This document shows positions 39,728 through 52,478 of a DNA stretch of 64,000 nt, one piece after another. Below the pieces are notes generated by a model. The model searched no databases. It had not been told where the DNA came from and saw only the letters and a list, made by a program, of their open reading frames with translations. Source of the DNA: Octopus sinensis (Eukaryota). The position numbers and the translations under genes are program-made. The number at the start of each line of letters is the position of its first letter. Within the stretch, counting starts at the first letter, position 1. Where the stretch lies: the NCBI RefSeq assembly GCF_006345805.1, contig NC_042998.1, positions 206,708,001-206,772,000 of the forward strand, given 5' to 3'.

Positions 39728-39772
39728 TCTGTGCTGATGAAGGGAAATAACCCGGAAATCACGATACACAGA
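39728..39772 (+). ncRNA. Type-I hammerhead ribozyme in a Penelope-like terminal fragment (39716-39940)
   Basis: TCTGTG-CTGATGA-AGGG aaataa CCCG-GAAA-TC ac GA-TA-CACAGA; 6-bp stem I, canonical core, AUA site. Confidence 0.8.
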
Positions 39773-40189
39773 TATTGTTTTGAGCTGAGTGGGGACGGTG
39801 CTAGATTCCCTTGTTCGGAAATATAAGGACACTGATTGTGTTGTATAACCAGCTGGAGACAATGTTTCCTGGGGCTAAATAAACCTAACCTTCATCTCAA
39901 CCGGAACTGCGACATTATGTTAGGAAATAATCTTTACTATATTTTTTTCATTCTTTTTTTTTTAACTTGTTTCAGTCATTTGACTGTGGCCATGCTGGAG
40001 CACCGCCTTTAGTCAAACAAATTGACTCCAGGACTTATTTGTTGTAAGCCTAATACTTATTCTAGCAGTATCTTTTGCCAAACTGCTAAGTTACAGGGAT
40101 GTAAACACACCAACATTGGTCGTCAAGTGATGGTGGGGGGGGGACAAACACAAACACACAAATGCAACAACAACACACACACATCAATA

Positions 40190-40538
40190 TCAACATCAAT
40201 ATCAAAATCAAATCAAATGGAAATTGTAGTTGTGCTCCCTGTGCCAGTGGCACGTAAAAAGCACCATCCGAACATGGCTGATGCCAGTGCTGCTTTGACT
40301 GGCTTCCGTGCCAGTGACGCATAAAAACCACCATCTGATCGTGGTCGATGCCAGCTCCTCTGGCACCTGTGCTGGTGGCACATAAAAAGCACCCACTGCA
40401 CTCTCGGAGTGGTTGGCGTTAGGAAGGGCATCCAGCTGTAGAAACTGGTGTGGCCATCTGGTTCGCCAGTCCCCAGTCAAACCGTCCAACCCATGCCAGC
40501 ATGGAAAATGGACATTAAACGATGATGATGATGATGAT
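40190..40538 (+). mobile_element. Family C RTE-type 3' end
   Basis: VNTR units plus the conserved terminus and (GAT)n. Confidence 0.8.
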
Positions 40539-40848
40539 AAATTGGAACTGGGTTTCTCCATAAAACCATATTCTTTACACTGAATTTGAACCAGGTTTGG
40601 TCAATGTTTATTGCAGCGAGTGGCTGAGTGGAAGCATTCCTAAGGGAGGGTCATATGTTATTGTCTGAAGGTTATTGTAATGTTTTCAATGTGTTATTTA
40701 TTTGTGTGTTTGTTTATTTATTCGTTGCTGATTAAATGTTGCTGTTTAGCCCAAGGTCAGTCCTAACCAGACAGGTCTGTGATCAATAGAATTCTAGCTG
40801 TGAAAATCCTGATGGCAACAACGACGACGACGATGATGATGGTTGTGG

Positions 40849-40927
40849 TGGTGGGGCGGGGTGGCGGGGGTGTTGCGGGGGTGGCGGGGGTGTTGCGGGG
40901 GTGGCGGGGGTGTTGCGGGGGTGGGGT
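40849..40927. repeat. G-rich 20-bp minisatellite
   Basis: (GCGGGGGTGGCGGGGGTGTT)3+. Confidence 0.9.
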
Positions 40928-40932
40928 GATTT

Positions 40933-41487
40933 GATGATGAGTCAGAGGAGTATGATGAACAGGATGAGGAGTTGGAGGAAAGGTAGGAGGAGTATAATGA
41001 TGGTGATGATGACGGCTGTAGTGATGATGATGATGATGATGGTGGTGATGATGATGATGATGATATAGATGAGGGTGATGCTGATGATGTTGATGCTGGC
41101 CATGATAATGACGGTGGTGATGATGATGATGATCATGATGATGATGATGATGAGGATGTTGATGATGATGATAGTGATAATGATGATGATGATAATGATA
41201 ATGATGATGATGATGGTGATGATGAGGATGTTGATGATGATGATGATAATGATGATGATGAGGAGGAGGAGGATGTTGATGATGATGATGTTAATGATGA
41301 TGATGATGATGATGATGATAATGATAATGATGATGATGATGGTGAGGATGAGGATGTTGATGATGATGATGATAATGATGTAGATGATGATGATGATGAT
41401 GATGATGTAGATGATGATGATGATGATGATGATGTAGATGAGGGTAATGCTGCTGCTGCTAATGATGTAGATGATGATGATGATGAT
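40933..41487. repeat. (GAT)n tract
   Basis: Visible repeats. Confidence 0.95.
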
Positions 41488-41843
41488 AGACACGATTGTT
41501 TATTTGTAGCTATTTTCAGCCGCAATCAATTACCGTTCGTCTAAAATTAGAAAAGATTAACTGCCAGAACTATCGCCGTCTCACTTGTCAAGTTGAGAAG
41601 CGAAGGCCCCTGCACTGCTTTGTTTCTATGGCCTGGTGCTGTTAATAAAGACGGCCGTCTTCGGACAAATCCCCAACAATCCAAGCCCCACCACCACCAC
41701 CATCCTGCCCCCTCCTCTCTCTCTCTCTCTCTCTCTCCCCTTCTCCCCCTCTCTCTCTCTCAGTCTTTATGTCTTCTGTTTGCCATTCTGACAAGTACTT
41801 CCCCCAAAAACGCTCTGAATATACACATACAAACATATATATA

Positions 41844-41897
<54 letters not shown>

Positions 41898-42526
41898 TAT
41901 ATATATATATATATACACACACAAATATGTATATATACACACACACACACACACACATATATATACATATATATGTATGCATGTATTTATATATATGTAT
42001 ATATATGCATATGCATGTATGCATAAATATACACACACATGTGTGTATATAAAAATAAAAATATATAGAGACCCACATTAGACTCCTCACTCGTATATAT
42101 GCATATATGCATGTATGTATACATATATATCTATATATTTCCACATATATGTTTGAACACACACACCCACACCCACACAATTACACACTAATGCACAAAC
42201 ATCCCCATATACATACACACACATCAATCTATATATACACCTTCTATAAATACACAGCATGACTTATGTATAGGTACAGCCATCTAATTTTAGAGATGGC
42301 CATAAACTTCCACTCACTTATACTTACTTTCTCTGTTTCTGTCTCTCCCTCCCCCTCTCTCTGTCTATATATATATATATTATGTATATATATGTATTTA
42401 TATATATGTGTGTGTGTATATATGTATATGTATATGTATGTGATTTGATGTTTTTATGGATGTGTGTATACCATCATATCCTTATGTACATACACACATA
42501 CCTACTTATACATATCTATATATCTA

Positions 42527-42573
<47 letters not shown>

Positions 42574-42677
42574 ATATATATATATATATACACACATGCA
42601 CACACACATACACACACATGTACTTATATAAGCAAATAATTTATAATGCATATTAAAGTGGTATATAAATATGCATA

Positions 42678-42727
<50 letters not shown>

Positions 42728-42759
42728 ATATGTATATATATATACACACACATACACCA

Positions 42760-43310
42760 TCGTCATCATCATCATCGTTACCATCATTTACTATCTATTT
42801 TCCATCCTGGCATGGGTTGGATGGTTTGACTGGGGCTGCTGACCAGTTGAAGGGCTGTTCAGGCTCCCTGTCTGTTTTGGTATGATTTCTATGGCTGGAT
42901 GCCCTTCCTAACACCAACCACACTACAGAGTATTCTGGGTGTTTTTGCAGACCACCAGCACAAGTGCTTTGTACATGGCCCCAGGACTTACAAGCCCACA
43001 AGATTAGGGATGCCCAGCTGGAGAGGATCGCAAGGGACGAGTCTGTATGCAAGGGCAACACTGTTTTTACTCAGCTCAGCCTGTCTTTTTAAGCACAGCA
43101 AACTGCCAGGAGCCTCGGTGCCCTGTCATCCCCTCTGTGAACCCCAACGTTGGCAGATCCTTTCTCACCACTTCGTCCCACATCTTCCTGAGTCTATCCC
43201 TTCCACATGTTCCCTCTACAATTAGGGACCAGCACCTCTTGATGCAATTGCCCTCATTCATGCCCATACCAGCGCAATCTTCTCTCTTGCACACAACATT
43301 TGATGCTACA
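42760..43310 (-). mobile_element. RTE LINE 3' end: ORF C-terminus contiguous with the family C terminus
   Basis: VEGTCGRDRLRKMWDEVVRKDL..LG.TE.MT..R..W..AVLKKT, then GGTGTTAGGAAGGGCATCCAGC...CCAACCCATGCCAGGATGGAAA..(GAT)n. Confidence 0.8.
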
Positions 43311-43627
43311 TATACCCAGTCCTTCTCTCAGATCACTTGCACACTCCGTCCTATTTGCACCCTGAAACCTTACCCACCCAATGAAACAGACTGAAAGGAG
43401 ACCATTGAGTTACCAGCAACTGATGTTGGTCAGTGGGGTGGGGCAGCAGATAGGCTGAATCATTAGAGCATTGAATGAAATGCTTTTTGAGTATTTCTTC
43501 TGGCTCTCTGCATTCTGAGTTCAAATCCCAACGTGATCAGCTTTGTCTTTCATCCCTTCAGGACCAATGAAACAAAGTACCAATCAAACCATAGATGGGC
43601 ATCAATCTAATCAACCGACCCATTACC

Positions 43628-44084
43628 CTCGGTAGCCACAGCCCATGTCTCACTGCCATGCAGCATAGCTGTTCGTACACAGGTATCATACAATCTACCT
43701 TCCACTCTGAAGGAGAGGCCCTTTGCTACTAACAGGGGTTGTAGCTCTCTGAACTTTGGCCAGCCTATTCTTATTCCCACAGCCATACTTCCAGAACAGC
43801 TGCCCCTTATTACTAACTTGGTCACCAAAGTAACAGAAGCTGTCTACTACTTCTAGGGATTATTCTAGGGATAAATCTAGGGGTAACCCCTGGCATATGA
43901 GGGAGTTTATTTTATGCACATTCCTGGGGTTTCATGTCCCTGCACATCTGCCACATGTAAAGACTATTTTCTCTGTTAGATGTCCAGTGGTTCTGCTGCA
44001 CCTCTTACTCTGGGTGCACATCATGGAGTCACTCCCAACACCTTCTCTACATACTGAGCAGGGGCCGTATCCCTGTGGGTACCC
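43628..44084 (-). mobile_element. RTE LINE ORF fragment with PHD-like finger (degenerate)
   Basis: PCSVCREGVG...CTQ...FTCGRC, then IRIGWPKFRELQPLLVAKGLSFRVEGRLYDTCVRTAMLHGSETWAV. Confidence 0.8.
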
Positions 44085-44774
44085 GTGATTTGTCTGTATA
44101 TGTGAGCATGTGTGTGTGTGTGTGTGTACATGTATACATGCAGACATAAGAGCACACACACACACACTCAAATATGTCTTATAATCATCTTCATCATCAT
44201 CATCATCATCACCATCGTCATTGTCATCATCGTCATCACCACCATCATCACCATCTGATATCTCTTTTTACATGCTGGCATGGGTTGGATGTTTTGACAG
44301 GAGCTGGCAAGGCCAGAGAGCTACACTGGGCTCCAGTTGTCTGTTTTGACATGGCTTCTACAGCTGGGTGCTCTTCCTAACATCAACCTCTTTACAAAGT
44401 GTACCGGGTGCCCTTTTATGTGGCACCAGCCCTAACAGGGTCACCAAATAGCTTACAAGGCGGGACCTCCTCAGCTAAGAGGGGTGTGGAGTATAGATGA
44501 GGGAGGTTTTGTGTCAGGTGATGATAGGTTAGAGTAGGAGCAGGGGTATAGAAATAGGGGTCTTGCAGTAAAAGTGATGCATGATGACCTCAGTAGGAGA
44601 GAGAGAGGGGAAGAGGTGGAAGAGGGAGGAGAAGAGCATGGAGAAAGATGTATATAGATGTATATAGAAGGACAAATAAATAGATAGATATATGTCTATA
44701 TATATCTATCTATCAAGCATTGTCTGTGTGTGTCTCTCTCTCTACCTATCTACATACATTTATATAAATATGAG

Positions 44775-44849
<75 letters not shown>

Positions 44850-44852
<3 letters not shown>

Positions 44853-46095
44853 GGTGCGTAAGGTATTTGAGGACATACCTTTTTTGGGGTCATTGCTTCA
44901 TTTTTTGATAACTCTGTAGAATCTTTGTTTCAGAAAATAATAATGCCAGACCCTCAGCTTACTCAAGAAATGAAGGGGCATGCTGTTTTTGTGGTTATAA
45001 AGGCTGAGCATAGCGATTTAGAAATATATCGATTTTTTAAAAGCTGCCAGATCGTTCGACTACAAAGTTTGTAAGGAGCTAAAGACTGAAGATGGAAATG
45101 TATCATGAGTATCAAAATATAAAAAGCATTCTAAACGCTCTGAAATCATCAGAACACCTGAATTTGTCCAGCAAATTCAATTGACCATTGATTACAATCT
45201 CAGAAAATTCATGAGGTCAATTACAAAAGATTTTCATGTGTTAGAAGGAACAGTCAGAAATGTTGTCCACGAAGACATCAGATATAAGTCTTATCTGATG
45301 AGGAAAGGTCAGTTTGTCCGAAAAAGCAAAAGAAAATCACTACATCAGATCTAAAAGGCTCTTGAACAAACTGAAAAATCCAGCAGAAAAAGATTTGATT
45401 TGGTTTTTCTCAAATGAAAAAAACTCTGACCAAGATCAAAAAGTTAACGGAAGAAATGGCAGATGGTTATGTGCAGACCCTTCTGAAGTTCCAAGTGTTA
45501 TGCATACAAAATTTCCTTCAACTGTCATGGTTTTAGGGGTTGTCAGCAATGAAGGACATGTGATGCCTCCTTACTTCTTTCCACTAGGCCTTAGAGTTAA
45601 CTCTGCCGTCTACATTGAGGTTCTGGAAATTATTGTTAAGCCCTGGATAGACAGTGTATGCAATGGAAAGCCATATGCATTTCAGTAAGACTCTGCCCTA
45701 TCACACATGGCTTTAGTAACACAGGAATGGATGGCTGAAAATTGTAATGATCACATAAGCCCTAACACTTGGCCTACTAATTTCCCCAAATCTCAATTCA
45801 TTGTGGAGCGTTGTTGAGAGAGAGGTAAATGAACATGCCCATAACACCAAAGATTCTTTGAAAGCTGTCATAGTCAGAGTAATGTCCAAAATGAACCAGG
45901 ACCACTTGATTCGAGCATGTAGATGATTTAGATCTCATATAGAAGCAGTTGTTGAAGCTGAAGGTGGCTTTATTGAAAAACATTAGAGGAAAGAAGGTTT
46001 CTTTTTATCCTCATAGATGAATAAAGTTATCTGTTTTTATATATGTTTTTTTTTTAGAAACATAAATCTATCCTCAAATATCTTACACACCCCTG
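44850..46095 (+). mobile_element. Full-length but disrupted Tc1/mariner maT-like transposon
   Basis: TA|CAGGGTGCGTAAGGTATTTGAGGA ... TCCTCAAATATCTTACACACCCCTG|TA TIRs; transposase motifs WFFSNEK, MVLGVVSNEG, YAFQ*DSA, with stops and frameshifts. Confidence 0.9.
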
Positions 46096-46128
46096 TATAT
46101 ATATATATATACTTCCCAAAATATATTC

Positions 46129-46201
46129 CGCCCAAAGTGGGGCTCAAACCCACAACCCCGAGATTAAGAGTCTCATGCTCTACCGACTGAGCTAGCCGGG
46201 C
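46129..46201 (-). tRNA. trnK-CTT: tRNA-Lys(CTT), probably a pseudogene
   Basis: GCCCGGCTAGCTCAGTCGGTAGAGCATGAGACTCTTAATCTCGGGGTTGTGGGTTTGAGCCCCACTTTGGGCG; 73 nt, CTT anticodon; T-loop reads TTT instead of TTC; no oligo-T terminator follows. Confidence 0.85.
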
Positions 46202-46242
46202 TATTAATATGAAAATATGTATTAATGGAAAACTTCTATAAA

Positions 46243-46326
46243 TGGCTGATGATTGCTCAACATTTTAAAACTGTTGTAATACTTACAATGTTTAATAAAA
46301 TGATGTAGCGTGAAACGATCGTATCA
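46243..46326 (+). ncRNA. Type-I hammerhead-like motif with long stem II
   Basis: TGG-CTGATGA-[~59-nt hairpin]-GAAAC-GATC-GTA-TCA; palindromic ACGATCGT; weak 3-bp stem I. Confidence 0.6.
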
Positions 46327-46355
46327 AATTACCGAAGATATTCTTGTTGCTTATT

Positions 46356-46413
<58 letters not shown>

Positions 46414-46722
46414 GTGTGGTGTGTATGTGTGTGTATATTCTCTTTTATTTGTTTCAGTCACTTGACTGCAGCCACACTGGAGCACTGCCTTTAGTCGAGC
46501 AAATTGACCCCAGGACTTGTTCTTTGTAAGCCTACTACTTATTCTATCGATCTCTTTTGCCGAACCGCTAAGTTACGGGGACCTAAACACACCAGCATCG
46601 GTTGTCAAGTGATGTTAGGAGGACAATTACAAACACACATACACACACAACACACATACTAAAGACGGTGCTCCAGCATAGCCACAGTCAAATGACTGAA
46701 ACAAGACAAACAGTAAAGAGAG

Positions 46723-46779
<57 letters not shown>

Positions 46780-46837
46780 CTATATATATATATATATATA
46801 CATATATATTACTATATATATATATATATAATATATA

Positions 46838-46878
<41 letters not shown>

Positions 46879-47370
46879 TATGTATACACATATACATATA
46901 TACATATGTATACATATCTATGAGACTTGGCTGCTGGTCAAGCCACTGAATACAATTTAAGGTTCTCTGACCCAATTTCTGTCCAGTCTATTGATTGGCC
47001 GGGTCTGTTTATCTCTCTCTTACGGAACACTAAACACTTCTACACGCTTCTACTTTCTGCACACATTACACTAAACACCAAACACTACTCATCGCACCGT
47101 ACATGTCTATAGCAATTATACACTCGGGTTTCAAGTATTTCTTTACAGACTTGCAGAAACAGCCACACAAGCACATATAAATACCCACCCCCAGACACAC
47201 ACACACACATCATTCAACTAGTGTTAGGAACTTAAATTGTGACTAAGGTTTGGTGGAAGATTTTAATTCAAAACTTATGAAAACAAAACTTTTGTACTCA
47301 GAGCCAGAACCCGTTTCAGCTGGGTTGGTAATGAAAGGGTTAAGAATTGTTTCTCTATTATATATTTTAA

Positions 47371-47592
47371 CCCTTTTGTTACCATATTTCTGTTGAGATG
47401 CTCTGTGTTTCTTTCAATTAATTTTAAATATAACAAAGAATTTAGTAAAATAACTTCATTATCATTCAGCTAGTGTTAGGAACATAAATTGTGACTAAGG
47501 TTTGGTGGAAGATTTTAATTCAAAACTTATGAAAACAAGACATTTGTACAACAGGGCCAGAAGCAGTTTCATCCGGATTGGTACTGAAAGGG
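47371..47592. mobile_element. piggyBac-like MITE (partial tandem copy at 47208-47339)
   Basis: TTAA|CCCTTTTGTTACCA ... TGGTACTGAAAGGG|TTAA. Confidence 0.8.
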
Positions 47593-48087
47593 TTAATGTG
47601 TTTATGTTCCTGTAACTTAGCAGTTTGGCTAAAGAGACCAATGAAATAAGTACCAGGTTTTTACAAAAAGAAGTAAGTCCTTGGGTCAATTCTTTGGACT
47701 GAAATTCTTCAAGGCGATGCCCCAGCATGGCCACAGTCTAATGACTGAAACAAGCAAACAATGAAACATCATCATCATTGTTTGATGTCCGTTTTTGGCG
47801 CTAGCACGGGTTGGACAGTTCGACCAGGGTCTGGGAAGCCAGGAGGCTGCACCAGGCTCCAATCTGATCTGGCAGTGTTTCTACAGCTGGATGCCCTTCC
47901 TAATGCCAACCACTCCATGAGTGTAGTGGGTTCTGGAGAATTTCTATTTTGGATAATTTGGGGTACTTAGTTGCCTTTGTTTATAAGTTATATATATATA
48001 TATACATATATATCACAAAAGTGCTTGAGCCAGTGGCACATTAAAAGCACCCAACACACACTGCAGAGTGGTTGGCATCAGGAGGAG

Positions 48088-48465
48088 CATCATCATCACC
48101 ATCGTTTAACGTCCGTTTTCCATGCTGGCATGGGTTGGACGGTTCGACCGGGGACCTGGGAAGCCAGAAGGCTGTGCCAGGCTCCAATCTGATCTGGCAG
48201 TGTTTCTACAGCTTGATGCCCTTCCTAACGCCAACCACTCCGTGAGTGTAGTGGGTGCTTTTTATGTGCCACCAGCTCAGGGATCACAACTGCAGTTTCC
48301 ATTGATTTTGATGTCGGTGTACTTGACTCAATGGATCTCCTTGAGCACAGGGTCGAAATGGTGTTTCTTTACCTGCACCTGCACAGGAGTCAGTCCAGGG
48401 GTCCTGGCAACTGCCAGGTGCTAGTCATAGGATTGGTTCAATTCCGATTCTGATTTCGATTTCAA
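48088..48465 (-). mobile_element. Family C copy (neighbours at 47767-47932, 48497-48588, 50184-50392)
   Basis: Consensus match, similar to 22355-22957. Confidence 0.8.
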
Positions 48466-49655
48466 CTAACTGTTAAAACAAAGCCAAATCATAAAGGAGC
48501 CTGGTGCAGCTGCCCAGCTTGCCAGCCCTGGTCAAACAAACCGTCCAACCCATGCCAGCATGGAAAAACGGACGTTGAAGGATGATGTCGAGGAACAGGT
48601 TTACACACATTTTCTGTCGTTATCGGTTGGCCCAGCGCTATTGCAGAAGACATTTGACCAAGATGACGTGCAGCTGAATTGAACCTAAAACCACATGGAT
48701 GTTAAGCGAGTTTCTTAACTACACAGCCATGCTTGAATCTACAAGAGTAATTATTACATTCAATAACGCATTGTTCTCTCACAGGACTTTCATCTTCCTC
48801 CTCTCTGCGAAAGGAGGCTGGCGTTGCAAATGCAAGATGCTTGCTCCATCAATCAACCGCTAATACGTCTCTAGCAACACTTTTCTTCAATATATCTTAT
48901 TGTATTAATGGTTCCCATGAGATGACCAACCTCAGAGCTACATTCATCATAATGTGTGTTAATTACTTATATATGTAGTTCAGTGTTGTTGTTGTTGCTG
49001 TTGTTGTTTAACACTGGGTCAGGTCTTCTCAAATAGACCTACATTCAAACATATACACATATTTTATTTCCCGTTGCTCCAAACCACTCAGCTGGCAAAA
49101 ACGCTGGGTGAAATGCTTAGCGGTTTTTCATCTGTCTTTACATTCTGAGTTCAAATTCCGCCGAGGTCGACTTTGCTTTTCATCCTTTCGGGGTCAATAA
49201 ATTAAGTACCAGTTGCATACTGGGGTTAATCTAATCGACTGGCCCCCCCCCCCAAAATGTTATTCAAAGGGCCAGTCTTGTCACATTCTGTGTCATGCTG
49301 AATCTCCCCTGAGAACTACGTTAAGGGTCCACGTGCCTGTGGAGTGCTCAGCCGCTTGCATGTTAATTTCATGAGCAAGCTCTTCCATTGATTGGATCAA
49401 CTGGAACCGTCATCACTGTAACTGGCAGAGTGCCACGGATATATCAGTCCCACTGCGTGGCACCTTGGGCAAGTGTCTTCTACCACAGCTTTGAGCGGAC
49501 CAAAGCCTTGTGAGTGGATTTGGTAAATGGAAACTGTAAGGAGCCTGTTATGTGTGTGCATCTGTGTGTGTGTGTGTGTGTGTATACATGTGTCTGTGTA
49601 TATGAGTCTTTGTGTTTGTGTTTGTCCCACCACCACCGTCGCCGCCACCACCACT

Positions 49656-49789
49656 GAATGAGAACCCAGGTTTGAAATTTCCCCAAGACACCTGATGATG
49701 GCTGGAGGGTATATCAGCCGAAACATTATGTTAACAACAAACAAGATGAGGACAAATATCCGTCAAATGTAAATAATGTAAATAACGTA
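49656..49789 (+). mobile_element. Hammerhead-bearing SINE-like element, 5'-truncated copy 3
   Basis: GAATGAGAACCCAGG...GACAC-CTGATGA-T-GGCTG..CAGCC-GAAACATTATGTT...(AATGTAAAT)n. Confidence 0.75.
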
Positions 49790-49790
49790 C

Positions 49791-50096
49791 ACTTGCTCCA
49801 CATGTAGGAAAGGTGTTGGAAGAAATTCCATTCGCTGCACCCAATGTAAGCTATGGACACAAATGAGGTGCAGTGGAATCACAGGTAGATTAACAGGTAG
49901 AGTAGTCTATGTATGTGGCAGATGTGCAGGAACAATAAGCACTAGGAGCACACAGGACTTAGATTCTCTCAATTGCCCTGGGGGCTATCTTGAGGTTTTG
50001 GATAGTTTCTGTTACCTAGGTGACCAAATTAGCAATGGTGTAGGATGTTCTGAAAGTATTGTTTCTAGAATAAGAATTGTATGGAGGAACTTCAGA
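49791..50096 (+). mobile_element. RTE LINE ORF fragment with PHD-like finger
   Basis: CSTCRKGVGRNSIRCTQCKLWTQMRC...VCGRC...LEVLDSFCYLGDQIS.GVGCSESIVSRIRIVW. Confidence 0.85.
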
Positions 50097-50789
50097 TGAT
50101 GATGATGATGCCATTTTTGTATAACGAACGCAGACACTCCTCAGAAGGTGGCCAAGTTTTGTGTACTTTTCTACCAAGTCTTTTCATCATCATCATCATC
50201 ATCATCATCGTTTAACGTCCACTTTCCATGCTAGCATGGGTTGGACGATTTTGACTGAGGGCTGGCGAACCAGTCAGCCGCACCAGGCTCCAATCTTGAT
50301 CTTGCAAGGTTTCTACAGCTGGATGCCCTTCCTAACACCAACCACTCCGAGAGTGAGTGTAGTGGGTGCTTTTTACGTGCCACTGACACGGGTATAAAAT
50401 AGATTTACTTTTGTCTTAGCTTCTGTGTTTGGAATTTTCTAACAATTCTGATATTCTGAGATGTGCTGAAGGTTTTAGTGCTAGGGAGTTATCTCTCTTG
50501 CTGGGCATTGTTAACAGCAGATGGCAGGAACCATGCGAGAATTTAAATGGGGGTCTCCTGAAATGCATGGAAGCGGTGGGGTGGGATGGGGTGGGGAACG
50601 GAGTCTCTGCTGTATGGGTCTTCATACTACAGCAGTACTCAGATATTACTACACAACGTTCTTTGTGGTATCTCTTCCTCTGTGGACGATATTACAGCCA
50701 CGCAGGTCATTAGTCTGATCCTACCAGCTGAGAAGACATTCCATCTGGTGGAAAGGATTCTTCAATGACAAAAACTCAGTCTTTGGCAC

Positions 50790-51295
50790 TTATACAAATA
50801 GCCACTCTTGAATTCCTTTGTAATAGCTTAACCCTTTCGTTACCATATTTCTGTTGAGATGTTCTGTGTTTCTTTCAATTAATTTCAAATATAACAAAGA
50901 ATTTAGTAAAATAACTTTGTTATCATTAAGCTAGAATTAAGAACATAAATTGTGACTAAAGTTTGGTGGAAAATTTTAATTCAGAACATTTGAAAAAAAA
51001 AGACATTTGTATTACAGAACCAGAGCTGGTTTCAGCCAGATTGGTAATGAAAGGGTTAAACAACATTAATAAACAAGAGGGAGCTGAGAACTAATCCCTG
51101 ACAGACACCTACCTACTTGCATGCCAGATTCCTTACAAAACTTTGTAGCTGACTCTCACCATGAGGATAACATCTTTGTACATGGCTTCCACGGTACGAA
51201 AGCAAACTCTGCTTCAAAGCGGTTTTCCTGAGCAATGAATCCGACACAGAGAATGGTTTGTTCTCAGCCACACACTTCTTGTGGAGTGATTCCAT
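50790..51295 (-). mobile_element. Degenerate RTE reverse-transcriptase fragment interrupted by a MITE
   Basis: VGVCQGLVLSSLLFINVV*AITKEFKSG, resembling the GV.QG..LSPLLF motif, once the MITE is removed. Confidence 0.65.
50832..51055. mobile_element. piggyBac-like MITE
   Basis: TTAA TSD (50828-50831, 51056-51059); 14-bp TIR CCCTTTC(G/A)TTACCA; same family as 47371. Confidence 0.85.
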
Positions 51296-51589
51296 TTACA
51301 AGATGATCTGACTTGGATTCTGTCCTGATTCTCATCTACACTAATTTTCTTCCTAATTAGCTGGGCTTGTAACTGTTCTAATTACTTTCATAAATTAGTT
51401 CATTAATTTGCTGTCTCTGTAATTGTTTCTTTTTGGAGCATCTTCTACATGCATATATATGTATGTATATATATATATATATATATATCCCGAGTGTTAT
51501 ACTAATACATCTGTTTGTTTTCTACACCACCTGTCTTCGTCTTTTGTTTTTTTTTGTGAATTCTCCCTATGTGTGTGTGTGTGTGTGTG

Positions 51590-51649
<60 letters not shown>

Positions 51650-51705
51650 GTAAAAAAGAAATTTGAAAATGCCACTATATTAGATAAATTTTAATTTTCT
51701 TATGA

Positions 51706-51749
51706 ATTTTACATGTTTCAGTTCTTGAAAAATGAACCTTATCAAAAAT
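51706..51749 (-). ncRNA. Type-I hammerhead with U3-A8 core
   Basis: Minus strand: ATTT-TTGATAA-GGTTC atttttcaa GAACT-GAAAC-AT-GTA-AAAT. Confidence 0.6.
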
Positions 51750-51800
51750 ATTATAAAAAGTGCAATAGAAAAGTTCATAATCGTTTCTTACTGGTCTCAG

Positions 51801-51831
<31 letters not shown>

Positions 51832-51834
<3 letters not shown>

Positions 51835-52447
51835 AATATTAAAATTACTAAGTCTCTCTAAAAGAGAACACGGCAGCGTTCCCGGAAAATAATAGTTATC
51901 GCCATACTAATATGGCATTCTTATGAAAATAAGAATAAAGCTGTCCGCTTATTAGCTCCATGAGGCCATCGCCTTAAGTTAGCTATTTGATACACAAACT
52001 GTATCCATATAACCTTCGAACAAGGGAGGTCAGTCGCTCCACACTACTTGACCGACAGCTACAGAATGCCATATTAGTATGGCAATAACTATTATTTTCC
52101 GGGAACGCTGCCGTGTTCTCTTTTAGAGAGACTTAGTAATTTTAATATTTCTATTATTGAAAACAAGTGGATGTATTCCACCGAAACTAGGTAAATAAAA
52201 CCTTCGAACAGAGATTGTCGGAAGTGACACCTACTGGTCTGACTACGCTGCATTGAAAAGGGGCAATACCCCGAAACGCGTCTGTAGCTGTCGGTCAAGT
52301 AGTGTGGAGCGACTGACCTCCCTTGTTCGAAGGTTATATGGATACAGTTTGTGTATCAAATAGCTAACTTAAGGCGATGGCCTCATGGAGCTAATAAGCG
52401 GACAGCTTTATTCTTATTTTTATAAGAATGCCATATTAGTATGGCGA

Positions 52448-52454
<7 letters not shown>
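51832..52454. mobile_element. Penelope-like terminal-repeat relic, A-B-A'-C-B' architecture
   Basis: A 51832-51921 / A' 52063-52152; B ~51890-52065 / B' 52281-52454; hammerhead at the C/B' border; (TA)n on both sides. Confidence 0.8.
52248..52287 (+). ncRNA. Type-I hammerhead with U3-A8 core
   Basis: CTGCA-TTGAAAA-GGGG caata CCCC-GAAAC-GC-GTC-TGTAG. Confidence 0.75.

Positions 52455-52478
<24 letters not shown>

Noticed and set aside
48785-48874. Possible terminal exon after TTCTCTCACAG (DFHLPPLCERRLALQMQDACSINQPLIRL*)
   Set aside because: Short, no recognisable homology, no supported partner exons; needs RNA-seq
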